From assembly GCA_963706325.1 (NCBI GenBank), contig CAVPLT010000004.1:800001-864000 (forward strand): 64,000 nt of DNA, given 5' to 3'. The notes under the pieces are model-generated. The model ran no database searches and was not told the DNA's origin. It saw only the letters and a program-made list of their open reading frames with translations. This DNA is from an uncultured Nitrospiraceae bacterium (GTDB lineage: Bacteria; Nitrospirota; Nitrospiria; Nitrospirales; Nitrospiraceae). Made by a program: the position numbers and the translations under genes. Position 1 is the first letter of the stretch. Every line of letters begins with the position of its first letter. This document shows positions 55,506-64,000 of this stretch, one piece after another.

Positions 55506-56306
55506 ATGAATCGCTTGGATGAGACATTGGATCGGCTGAAGGCAAAGGGCGAGAAGGCGCTCATCACGTACATTATGGCGGGCGATCCATCCCTCCAGGA
55601 GACGGAGCAATTGGTGCTTGAATTGGAGCGCGCCGGAGCTGACGTGATCGAGTTAGGGGTGCCTTTTTCCGATCCCATCGCCGATGGGCCGGTGATTCAG
55701 AAGGCGGCTGAGCGCGGCCTGCGAAGCGGGACGTCACTACGAATGATACTTGAGTCTGTCCGGCGCCTTCGCGCCGACACACAGATTCCCATCGTGCTCA
55801 TGGCCTACTACAATAATATCCGCGCTTTTGGTGAAGCAGAGTTCTGTCGCAGGGCTGTCGAAGCCGGAGTGGATGGATTGATTGTCCCGGATATGCCTCC
55901 GGACGAGGCGGGACCTCTGCGGGATCCTGCCCGCGAGGCCGGTCTTCACGTGATCTTTTTGCTGGCCCCGACCAGCACGGCTGCACGGAGGGCGTATGTG
56001 GCGAAAGCTTCCGGCGGATTTGTCTATTATGTTTCCATCACCGGCATCACTGGGGCTAAACTGAGCGACATTGCGGGGGTGCGGGAGAACGTTGCCAAAA
56101 TCCGAAAGTATACGAAGACGCCCGTGGCTGTGGGGTTTGGGGTCGCCACACCGGACGATGCCGCCCGATTGGCTGACGTCTCCGACGGCGTCATCGTGGG
56201 CAGCGCCATTGTCCGTCGGGTAGGGGAGCATGGACAGGATGGTCGGCTTATTCAGGAAGTGGGCGCCTTTGTTCGTTCCCTCAAGGCGGCGATGCAGCCT
56301 GCCTGA
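55506..56306 (+). CDS. trpA: Tryptophan synthase alpha chain
   Basis: IELGVPFSDPIADGPVIQ, YVSITGITG, VGFG, GVIVGSA. Confidence 0.97.
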   Translation: MNRLDETLDRLKAKGEKALITYIMAGDPSLQETEQLVLELERAGADVIELGVPFSDPIADGPVIQKAAERGLRSGTSLRMILESVRRLRADTQIPIVLMAYYNNIRAFGEAEFCRRAVEAGVDGLIVPDMPPDEAGPLRDPAREAGLHVIFLLAPTSTAARRAYVAKASGGFVYYVSITGITGAKLSDIAGVRENVAKIRKYTKTPVAVGFGVATPDDAARLADVSDGVIVGSAIVRRVGEHGQDGRLIQEVGAFVRSLKAAMQPA

Positions 56307-56519
56307 CGGACAGGTCTACGCCGTCTGTTTTCATGCGGTAGGTCTCAGTTCATTCTTCCGCGATGATCATCGCTCGTTTCCCAGGACCCGCGTCCGAAAT
56401 CACTATTCTCTCTCGTTAAAATCCACCAAGTATCCTATCGTTTCTTCACCTGGCACGCAGGTATCGCATCAGGGTGCTGTGCTGTCTTGCAACGACTAAC
56501 GGTTCAACGAGGAGCGCTT

Positions 56520-57594
56520 ATGGCCGCAGTGCGACGAATGGTGAATCCTACGATTCGCAAGAAGCCATCGAAACCTGCGGCAAGCGTAACACGCCGCAAG
56601 GCTGTGTCACGAAAGGTGAGGCCGTTATCCGGCGGTCGCTTGATCCGAAGCCTGCAGCAGCGGCTGCTCGAGGCTGTCAGTAGTTCAGCGGAGGAAGGTC
56701 GCTCGCCCATCGGTGTCTCAGCGGTGTTTGTGCAGTATTTTTGGCAACTGACAAAGGTCGATGCGATCGCCATTTATGTTCGTGATGAGCAAACCCGTGA
56801 TATGACCTGTCTGGCGGAGGCCGGTCGTGGTGATGCGTCGATCGCCGCCGACTGGCGCAAGGTGCTGATAAGGGCAGAACATCAGGCGCATGTCACAAGC
56901 GGTGATCTGCATGCATTCCGGCTCCACCGCATCGGCCGATTGGAAGGTCTAGTGATGCTTCAAACTGGACCCGCTCAACGGTTGGCCGAGCGCAAGCTCT
57001 TGACCGTGTTGAGAGCGATTGAGCCCTGGCTGGCGGTGGCCCTGGATCATGCCCGATTGACCGTCAAGTATGCCGCCAAAATTCTCCGGATTCAGCATAT
57101 GGAGCAGGTCAGCGATGTGCTCAATTCCTCGCTGGTGAAGGAGGAGAAACTGCGGCGGGCGTTGGATGCTGCCATTCGCCTGGTCGAAGCCGAAGCGGGC
57201 GCGCTCTTTCTGGAATCCCAAGACGGCACATTACAGCTGTACGCATTGAGTGGAGACCGAATCGCTGCCGTGCCATCGCTACGGTCTTCCGTCGCTGCCA
57301 CTGTGCATCGCACAGGCCAACCGGTGCTGATCACGCACGGAGATCAAGATAGCCGCGTGACGTCACAGGAGGGATGGCACGGCCGTCATCCCTGTAGCGT
57401 CACTGGTATCTGTTCCGATCCGAGCCGGAGTCCAGGCAGTGGGCGTGTTGGAAGTCGTGAATAGACGCAGCGGGAAGCCGTTCAGCAACTGGGATGTGCT
57501 CGAGCTAGCCAGTCTGTCCAATCAATTCGGTCTGGCCATCGAGAACTTTCGGAGAGGAGCGACAGGGGCGGATGCATTGAAGCAGACGGGATAG
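56520..57594 (+). CDS. Tandem GAF-domain protein without an output domain; frameshift at ~57390
   Basis: GAF-like segments; C-terminus in another frame (VGVLEVVNRRSGKPFSNWD..LSNQFGLAIEN) ending at TAG 57594. Confidence 0.72.
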
Positions 57595-57596
57595 GG

Positions 57597-58202
57597 CTAG
57601 CGTTTTTCAGGCGGCATGAATTTGATCATATCTGAGGCCAGCTTTGTCGCCAGATCCCGCATGTCCGGGCGGATGAAGAGGTAACTTTCTTTCACTTGAT
57701 GCCGCGCCTTCCAGACAATGGCGCCGTTCACGGCGTCAACGAGCCGCATGCTAAGGCCCACCCTGGCGATATTGTCGCCTTCCTCCCTCGTGTATTCCCA
57801 CGCGTTGACCTTCACCACCAACAGTGAGTCCGCGCCTAAGGCTTGGCCGATTTTCACGGCCGAGCTTTTGTCTGACTGGCCTGTCGTTTCCATGCGAGAG
57901 AAGTATGTCACCAGCGCATCGAAGGCGTCCTTAGTCGTTTGGAAGGTATCAGTCACCTGGTCTGGAGGCACTACTTTTTCGACTCGGCGGCTCTTGATCA
58001 ACACTTTGGCTATGACTTCTTCCACGTCCTCCCGAGCGCTATCGTAATTTCCTGAGATTGGAAGAATGGCCATCGTTTTGGGATAGAAGCCACGCGCAGC
58101 AGGCCCTTCCCACATCTCTTGAAGACCGCCGCAGCCGGTCAGCAGCGCAAACAGCAGGAAAGTGAATAGGAGGCTGATCGGTGAAGGTTTCGGATTCGTC
58201 AT
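57597..58202 (-). CDS. Lipoprotein (DUF799/CsgG-like fold)
   Basis: LTGC lipobox; MAILP; IGQALGADSLLV; SMRLVDAVNGAIVWKA. Confidence 0.75.
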   Translation of the reverse strand: MTNPKPSPISLLFTFLLFALLTGCGGLQEMWEGPAARGFYPKTMAILPISGNYDSAREDVEEVIAKVLIKSRRVEKVVPPDQVTDTFQTTKDAFDALVTYFSRMETTGQSDKSSAVKIGQALGADSLLVVKVNAWEYTREEGDNIARVGLSMRLVDAVNGAIVWKARHQVKESYLFIRPDMRDLATKLASDMIKFMPPEKR

Positions 58203-58248
58203 GGCTCTAAAGGAAGTGTAGCAGATTGAATCAAGCTTGAAGCGTACC

Positions 58249-59391
58249 TTAGAAGGTCAAGGCTATGGAGCCGGATGCCAGGGCAGCTTGGTCTCTGAAA
58301 TCATATCCGCCGGCGATGTCGATCCGCAAGTCTAGGATACGTAAACCGAATCCCGCCGTGGGAATAAATGGGGTCTTAGCGTCCTGCATATTTTTAAACG
58401 CGCCGAGCCTGAATGACAGGAGTTCCGAAAGAATGGTCTGCTCGGCACCGAGGCTCAAGAGCTGGCTGTAGAGGTCGGGGGTGAGCGTATTGTTCTTCGT
58501 GATGTCCACATCTGCAGTCAACGTCAATGAATTGTACGGATTGACGGCTAAGCCGGTTCTTATCTGAGGCAGCAGCTTGAATTGATCCCCGTTCGGGGCA
58601 TCAAAGGTCGGCGCGGTGATGTCCTTGGCGACAATACCCATCCGAAGCCAGGAGGCGGGCCGGAACATCGCTCCTAGGTCGAGACCGAGTGCCGTTGTGA
58701 TCTTAGCGCGGCCGATATCTTTGAAGATCCGAATGTCGTCGCTGGCTCCTTGAATGTCGGTGGCGCCCGTATAGGCTGCGCCTTGAATGATTTTCCCGGA
58801 GACGCCGATCGAAAATATGCGATCCATGAACGCGTAGGCGTAAGACAGGACGGCTTGCCGGGCTTCCAGTCCGTTCATGGAAAATTGTCCGTTGACCGTC
58901 AGATTGCTGCCGTTATTGGTGAAACCGACCGGACTGCGCAGGAAGCCGCCGCCCGTGGCAACGTCGGAAATGTTGAATCCAAGCGCGTGTTCCCCGAAGT
59001 TGCCCTTGATGTAGAATCCTCCGGAAGCGGTCGCCGTTAAATTGGTGCCCGGTTGGTTGATACGGTTCACGAACTGCTGAAGGCGGGCGACGTTGGCAGG
59101 CGACGTATCGTTCAAATTGATGGAATTGATGTCCTTGATCGAATCGAAGACGTCGCCGCGGTCGATCCCCTGACCGCCACCTTGGATTCGGATATCGAAC
59201 TTTTTACTCATCACCATCCCAGCAGGGTTCCAGTAGGTTGCGAGGGAGTCGGCTGTTGTTGCTACGCCGGCTCCGCCCATACCCATCTGCCGAGATCCAA
59301 CAAACACAAATTCTGCGGCCGCCGCTTGGAACGGCAGGAGGATGGTCAGAAGAACAGCAATGGCCCGGATGCATGACGCTATCTGTTTCAT
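58249..59391 (-). CDS. TraF_2/FadL-like outer-membrane beta-barrel protein
   Basis: Signal peptide; GSRQMGMGGAGVA...YWNPAG; C-terminal Phe. Confidence 0.78.
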   Translation of the reverse strand: MKQIASCIRAIAVLLTILLPFQAAAAEFVFVGSRQMGMGGAGVATTADSLATYWNPAGMVMSKKFDIRIQGGGQGIDRGDVFDSIKDINSINLNDTSPANVARLQQFVNRINQPGTNLTATASGGFYIKGNFGEHALGFNISDVATGGGFLRSPVGFTNNGSNLTVNGQFSMNGLEARQAVLSYAYAFMDRIFSIGVSGKIIQGAAYTGATDIQGASDDIRIFKDIGRAKITTALGLDLGAMFRPASWLRMGIVAKDITAPTFDAPNGDQFKLLPQIRTGLAVNPYNSLTLTADVDITKNNTLTPDLYSQLLSLGAEQTILSELLSFRLGAFKNMQDAKTPFIPTAGFGLRILDLRIDIAGGYDFRDQAALASGSIALTF

Positions 59392-59534
59392 AGGATATGG
59401 GAAATTCGCAAATCAGCTCGACGACGGGCCAGTCTACGAAAAGATATGAAAGGCGTCAAGAAATCACGATCATGGCCCTCGCCGCCCCGTCTTTGGAATC
59501 AGATATGGCGTGGACGGCTGCGGTGGAGGTCCGC

Positions 59535-60203
59535 CTACTGAGAGACGATCATGCCGTCCTGCATGGACACGATCCGATCGGCATGCGCAGACAGTTTGTC
59601 ATTGTGAGTCACGATGACGAAGGTGGTTCCACGCGAGCGATTCAGTTGACGAAGCAGGGCAAACAGGGCATCTCCGGTATGGCTATCGAGGTTGCCTGTC
59701 GGCTCGTCGGCTAGGACGAGGTCCGGTTGCTGCATCAGGGCGCGCGCGACGGAAACCCGTTGTTGCTCACCGCCTGACAATTCCCCAGGCTTATGGTGTA
59801 GTCGTTCACCTAAGCCGACTTCGCACAGGAGCTTTGTCGCTTCACCTGCAACGTCCGCGAGATCGCGTTTCTGGATCATGGCCGGAAGACAGGCATTCTC
59901 CAGGGCTGTAAATTCCGGCAGCAGATGGTGAAATTGAAACACGAACCCGACTCGTCTATTTCTAAATTCTGCCTGTTGTTGTTCGGTGAGTTGAAACAGA
60001 TCCTGTCCTTCGAACGACACCGTGCCCTTCGTCGGACGATCTAACGTGCCCAGAATCTGGAGGAGGGTGCTTTTTCCGGCTCCGGAGGCTCCCATGATGG
60101 CAATGAGTTCCCCACGCTGGATCTGGAGATTGATGTTGTTGAGTACCACCAGCTCTCGCCCGCCCATGGGAAATGATTTGTAGAGTCCGACGACGTCAAT
60201 CAT
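59535..60203 (-). CDS. lolD: Lipoprotein-releasing ABC transporter ATPase
   Basis: [43 protein letters not shown]. Confidence 0.93.
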   Translation of the reverse strand: MIDVVGLYKSFPMGGRELVVLNNINLQIQRGELIAIMGASGAGKSTLLQILGTLDRPTKGTVSFEGQDLFQLTEQQQAEFRNRRVGFVFQFHHLLPEFTALENACLPAMIQKRDLADVAGEATKLLCEVGLGERLHHKPGELSGGEQQRVSVARALMQQPDLVLADEPTGNLDSHTGDALFALLRQLNRSRGTTFVIVTHNDKLSAHADRIVSMQDGMIVSQ

Positions 60204-60272
60204 GCCTTAACGGCGCTCTCTGATGTTGAATGCCACTTGGCAAGTGTCAAAATATCTCGGTACCCGGATTGG

Positions 60273-61550
60273 CTATTCATATCGCAACGCTGCAGCCGGG
60301 TCGAGCTTCGCCGCTTGAAGCGAGGGATAGAGCGTGGCGACAAAGCTGATCACGATGGCTGAGCCTGCCACGAGCAACACATCCGATCCCGTGACGTGGA
60401 CTGGGATGCGGGATATGTAATAGACGGTCGGGTCGAACGTCCAAAACGTCTGGATCAGCCAGAGGAATGCATAGCCGAGCGGGACGCCGATCGCGGCGCC
60501 GGAACAGCCGATGATGAGGCCGTTGAGCATGAAAATACGCATGATGCCCTTGCGGGTCGCTCCCATCGCCTTGAGGATGGCGATCTCGCGCTGCTTTTCC
60601 GTCACGATCATGGTGAGGGTGCTGACGATATTGAACGAGGCCACAATCGTGATCAGCACCAACAACAGGAACATCATGGTCTTCTCAAGTTTCAGCGCCG
60701 AGAACAGATTGCGATTCATCTGCATCCAATCCCTGGCCCAGAAGGAAAAGCCGAGGCTCTGTTCAATCGTGCGGCCGATATCCGCCGCGCGGAACACGTC
60801 GGTCACCTTAACCTCAATACCCGTCACGCTGGCGCCCATATTGAAAAACTTCTGCGCTTCGCCCAGTTCGATATAGGCGAGAGAGGAGTCGTACTCATAC
60901 ATGCCGGACTGAAAGAGGCCGACCACGACGAACTGCCGGATCTTCGGTGTCATGCTGGCACCTGTCACCGGGCCGACCGGGGACACGACATTCAACGTGT
61001 CGCCGGTGAAGACGCCCAGCCGCATCGATAATTCTTTCCCCAGAATAATGCCTGGTCGCATGGCTGTGTCGGGCCCGTTGGGTTCGCGCTCCTTCTCAGG
61101 AATAGTCACCTTAATCGGGCGCGACAATTCATCGAGGTTTCCGCCCAGGAGGTTGTGCGCCAGTTCCGTGACGGTGCCTTCGCGCGCCGGATCGATTCCC
61201 CGGAGAATGATGCCCTGGACGCCCGATGGTGAGGTCAGGAGGACTTGGCGGAAAATGAACGGGGTAGCAGCGAGCACATCCGGGACGGCCGCGACCTTCT
61301 TCACCTGCTCCTCGTAGTCGACCATCGACTCTTTCATACGGTCATTCACCAAGATGTGCGCCGTGGTGCCGAGAATCTTGGCCTGAATATCTTCCTTGAA
61401 CCCGGTCATGATGCCGACTGTGCCGATTAATGCCGCGACGCCGAGCGTGATCCCAGCGATGGAGACAATTGTATTGAAAGAAATGGTGCGGTTGCGGCGT
61501 TTCGCGCGCAGGTAGCGCAGTCCGATAAAGATCTCGTAGGGAAGCGCCAT
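60273..61550 (-). CDS. lolE: Lipoprotein-releasing ABC transporter permease LolC/E
   Basis: FIGLRYLRAK, GMYEYDS, WMQMNRNLFSALKLEK, EIAILKAMG, DPAAALRYE. Confidence 0.92.
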   Translation of the reverse strand: MALPYEIFIGLRYLRAKRRNRTISFNTIVSIAGITLGVAALIGTVGIMTGFKEDIQAKILGTTAHILVNDRMKESMVDYEEQVKKVAAVPDVLAATPFIFRQVLLTSPSGVQGIILRGIDPAREGTVTELAHNLLGGNLDELSRPIKVTIPEKEREPNGPDTAMRPGIILGKELSMRLGVFTGDTLNVVSPVGPVTGASMTPKIRQFVVVGLFQSGMYEYDSSLAYIELGEAQKFFNMGASVTGIEVKVTDVFRAADIGRTIEQSLGFSFWARDWMQMNRNLFSALKLEKTMMFLLLVLITIVASFNIVSTLTMIVTEKQREIAILKAMGATRKGIMRIFMLNGLIIGCSGAAIGVPLGYAFLWLIQTFWTFDPTVYYISRIPVHVTGSDVLLVAGSAIVISFVATLYPSLQAAKLDPAAALRYE

Positions 61551-61568
61551 GTCTACTTTTCCGGCCTG

Positions 61569-61694
61569 CCAGGCTGTTGAAACACGCCTCCGGCTTTGTT
61601 CTCGCATCGCTCAAAGCCTCGACGTAGCACAGTGAGTACGCCTCGGCTTCTCGCTCGCTGCGGCCTCGCCGAGAGGCGCGTTTGAACAACCTGG
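61569..61694. repeat. ~126-bp MITE/REP-like element (second copy)
   Basis: CCAGGCTGTTGAAAC...GTTTGAACAACCTGG; shares GCTTTGTTCTCGC, CTCGACGTA, GAGTACGCCTC and GCTGCGGCC with the copy at 55337. Confidence 0.82.
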
Positions 61695-61719
61695 AGTAGG
61701 AGTAAGGTGTGCTGTTGTG

Positions 61720-63201
61720 TCATTTTTCCGGCCTGAGCTGGGGGAAGAGGATGACATCTCGTATGGAAGCTTGATTGGTGAAAAGCATGACCAGGCGATC
61801 GATGCCGATGCCTTCGCCGGCGGTCGGCGGCATGCCATATTCGAGGGCGCGAAGAAAATCCTCGTCGATTCGATGGGCTTCTTCGTCACCGGCTTCATGC
61901 TGGGCGGCCTGGGCTTCGAAGCGCTCACGTTGATCGAGAGGATCATTCAACTCCGAGAAGGCGTTGGCGATTTCGCGGCCCGCGATATAGAGCTCGAAGC
62001 GATCGGTGAGCGAGGGATCCGTGTCCTTCCTGCGCGCCAGCGGCGAAATCTCAATCGGGTAGTCCGTGATGAAGGTTGGCTGCTGCAGACCCGGCTCGAC
62101 CGTTTCCTCAAAGATATTGTTCAGAATACTGACCAAGGACTCTGTGGGAGAGACTTCGACGCCCAAGCGTTGCGCGGCTGCCAGAGCCTCGTCGCGATTC
62201 TTGAGGACAGAGGGAGGCAAATGGTTCACCTCCAGAATCGCTTGATGATAAGACCAACAGCGCCAGGGCGAGGCGAGGTTGATCTGCGTGCCCTGATAGT
62301 CGATGGTCGTCGTGCCAAGGATGTCTTGCGCCAGCCGGGAGACGAGGGCTTCCGTTAGTCGGATCAAGTCCTGGTAGTCGGCATAGGAGACGTAAAACTC
62401 CAGCATGGTGAACTCGGGATTGTGAATCGTCGAGATCCCCTCGTTCCGGAAGTTGCGGTTGATCTCGAACACCCGCGGAAAGCCGCCGACGATCAGCCGC
62501 TTCAGATACAATTCCGGCGCGATGCGAAGATAGAGGTCTGTCCCCAATGCGTTGTGATGGGTGACAAAGGGCTTGGCGGCCGCCCCGCCGGGAATGGGAT
62601 GCATCATTGGCGTTTCCACTTCCAAGAATCCGCGCTCGATCAGAAACGCGCGAATACCTGAAATGATGCGACTGCGTAATGCGAAGATCTGATGGACCTG
62701 GGGATTGGCGATCAGATCGACGTACCGCTGCCGGTACCGAGTCTCGACGTCGGTGAGACCGTGCCACTTTTCCGGCAAGGGACGAAGCGCTTTGCTGAGA
62801 AAGGTGAGGGTCTTGACCTCCACCGTAAACTCGTTGGTCTTCGTGCGAAACAAGACGCCGGTGACCCCGATCCAGTCTCCCAGATCCAGCCCTTCTGAAA
62901 TGTGGTGGGCTTGTTCACCCAGCGTATCTTTCTTGAGATACACCTGCAGCCGGTCCGATCCGTCTTGCAGGACCGCGAAGGCCGCCTTGCCGAACCGCCG
63001 GAGTCCGACCACGCGCCCGGCAATCGTACAGCTGATCTGTTCCTGCTCGAGCACCTCTTTGGATTTGTCGCCGTGTAGTTTGACGAGTTCGCCGGCGTGA
63101 TCTTTGACCTCAAAGCGCGTGCCGTAGGGCTGCACGCCGAGCTGCCGGAGCTGATCGAGTTTCTTGATGCGTTGTTGGCGCTGATCGTTGATTTCATCCA
63201 T
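61720..63201 (-). CDS. lysS: Lysine--tRNA ligase (class II)
   Basis: RYRQRYVDL, YLRIAPELYLKRL, FRNEGIS..HNPEFTMLE, YGMPPTAGEGIGIDRL. Confidence 0.98.
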   Translation of the reverse strand: MDEINDQRQQRIKKLDQLRQLGVQPYGTRFEVKDHAGELVKLHGDKSKEVLEQEQISCTIAGRVVGLRRFGKAAFAVLQDGSDRLQVYLKKDTLGEQAHHISEGLDLGDWIGVTGVLFRTKTNEFTVEVKTLTFLSKALRPLPEKWHGLTDVETRYRQRYVDLIANPQVHQIFALRSRIISGIRAFLIERGFLEVETPMMHPIPGGAAAKPFVTHHNALGTDLYLRIAPELYLKRLIVGGFPRVFEINRNFRNEGISTIHNPEFTMLEFYVSYADYQDLIRLTEALVSRLAQDILGTTTIDYQGTQINLASPWRCWSYHQAILEVNHLPPSVLKNRDEALAAAQRLGVEVSPTESLVSILNNIFEETVEPGLQQPTFITDYPIEISPLARRKDTDPSLTDRFELYIAGREIANAFSELNDPLDQRERFEAQAAQHEAGDEEAHRIDEDFLRALEYGMPPTAGEGIGIDRLVMLFTNQASIRDVILFPQLRPEK

Positions 63202-63288
63202 CGGTATAGTCGTTCGTCCCTCGTCGTTCAGGCTCCCGTCACTCGCACGACGCTTTACGAGATTCGCTTCGCGTGTCGTGTCTTGCGG

Positions 63289-64000
63289 CTAGAGGTCGTC
63301 GTCCTTCATGGCCACCGGTTCCGGGGCCTTGCCGCCCGTCAGCTTTTTCTGGAGATAGGCCTGGATGAAACCGTCGAGTTCACCATCCATGACGGCAGAG
63401 ACCTGACCGACCTCGTAGCCTGTCCGGTGATCTTTGACCATCTGATAGGGCTGGAATACGTATGAACGGATCTGGCTGCCCCAGGCAATGTCTTTTTTCT
63501 CGCCGACGATGGCATTGAATTCGGCTTCTTTCTTGCGCTGCTCCACTTCGAACAAACGGGCCTTCAAAATCTTCATCGCCCCATTGCGATTCTGCAGTTG
63601 GGACCGTTCGTTCTGGCATTGCACCACGATGTTCGTGGGAATGTGGGTGATACGAATGGCGGTCTCAACCTTATTCACGTTCTGACCGCCGGCGCCGCCG
63701 GCCCGAAACGTGTCGATCCTGAGGTCTTTATCATCGATTACTACCTGGACATCATCGTCGAGTTCGGGATACACGAAAACCGACGCAAACGAGGTATGAC
63801 GCCGTTTGTTTGCATCGAAAGGGGAGATGCGCACCAGACGGTGCACCCCGGCCTCGGCCTTGAGGTAGCCGTAGGCATAGGGGCCGGTCACGGACAGGGT
63901 GGCGCTTTTGATCCCGGCCTCGTCTCCTGCGAGCAGGTCTAGCGTTTCAACCTTAAAGCCCTTTCGCTCGGCCCACCGCACATACATGCGGAGGAGCATC
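63289..64000 (-). CDS. prfB: Peptide chain release factor 2 (N-terminus outside the window)
   Basis: SPF motif (RLVRISPFD), [14 protein letters not shown]; directly upstream of lysS. Confidence 0.96.
   Translation of the reverse strand, partial: MLLRMYVRWAERKGFKVETLDLLAGDEAGIKSATLSVTGPYAYGYLKAEAGVHRLVRISPFDANKRRHTSFASVFVYPELDDDVQVVIDDKDLRIDTFRAGGAGGQNVNKVETAIRITHIPTNIVVQCQNERSQLQNRNGAMKILKARLFEVEQRKKEAEFNAIVGEKKDIAWGSQIRSYVFQPYQMVKDHRTGYEVGQVSAVMDGELDGFIQAYLQKKLTGGKAPEPVAMKDDDL

Noticed and set aside
58249..59391. TraF-like gene as a sign of a conjugative element
   Set aside because: No relaxase, T4SS or coupling protein; the gene is embedded among core genes
63289..64000. prfB programmed +1 frameshift site
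   Set aside because: It would lie near the 5' end of the gene, outside this window, so it cannot be assessed

Overview
GC-rich bacterial chromosome segment. Gene content and intergenic repeats suggest Nitrospira or a relative (inference). The window has two parts. (1) About 1-40.2 kb is a general-stress/dormancy gene island: a very large poly-HAMP hybrid histidine kinase (OsaA/Nik1-like) flanked by two paralogous NarL-type (HisKA_3) kinases, a Csp3-type copper-storage protein, a HAD-ATPase fusion, an FAD/Rieske oxidoreductase, Ku, topoisomerase IB, TreZ, glycogen debranching enzyme, DUF72, LigD, pyruvate oxidase, AI-2E, YihY, DUF883/holin-like/DUF3618-like, hemerythrin, BON and YtxH genes, plus an IS3 remnant and an ASRT pseudogene. 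(2) About 40.6-64 kb is housekeeping: ACT, rlpA, CNNM, ligA, an AAA pair, LysM, trpEGDC-x-FBA, lolD/lolC-E, lysS, prfB. The most notable observation is a 16-bp palindrome CTAG-N8-CTAG (7 perfect and 6 degenerate copies) upstream of most transcription units in the island. In 10 promoters it lies exactly 22-23 nt before a TANNNT -10 box oriented toward the gene. This points to an activator-dependent stress regulon that I cannot match to a described one, and it includes the promoters of two of the kinase units. Many genes, including trpE, carry small indels that are most likely sequencing or assembly errors.
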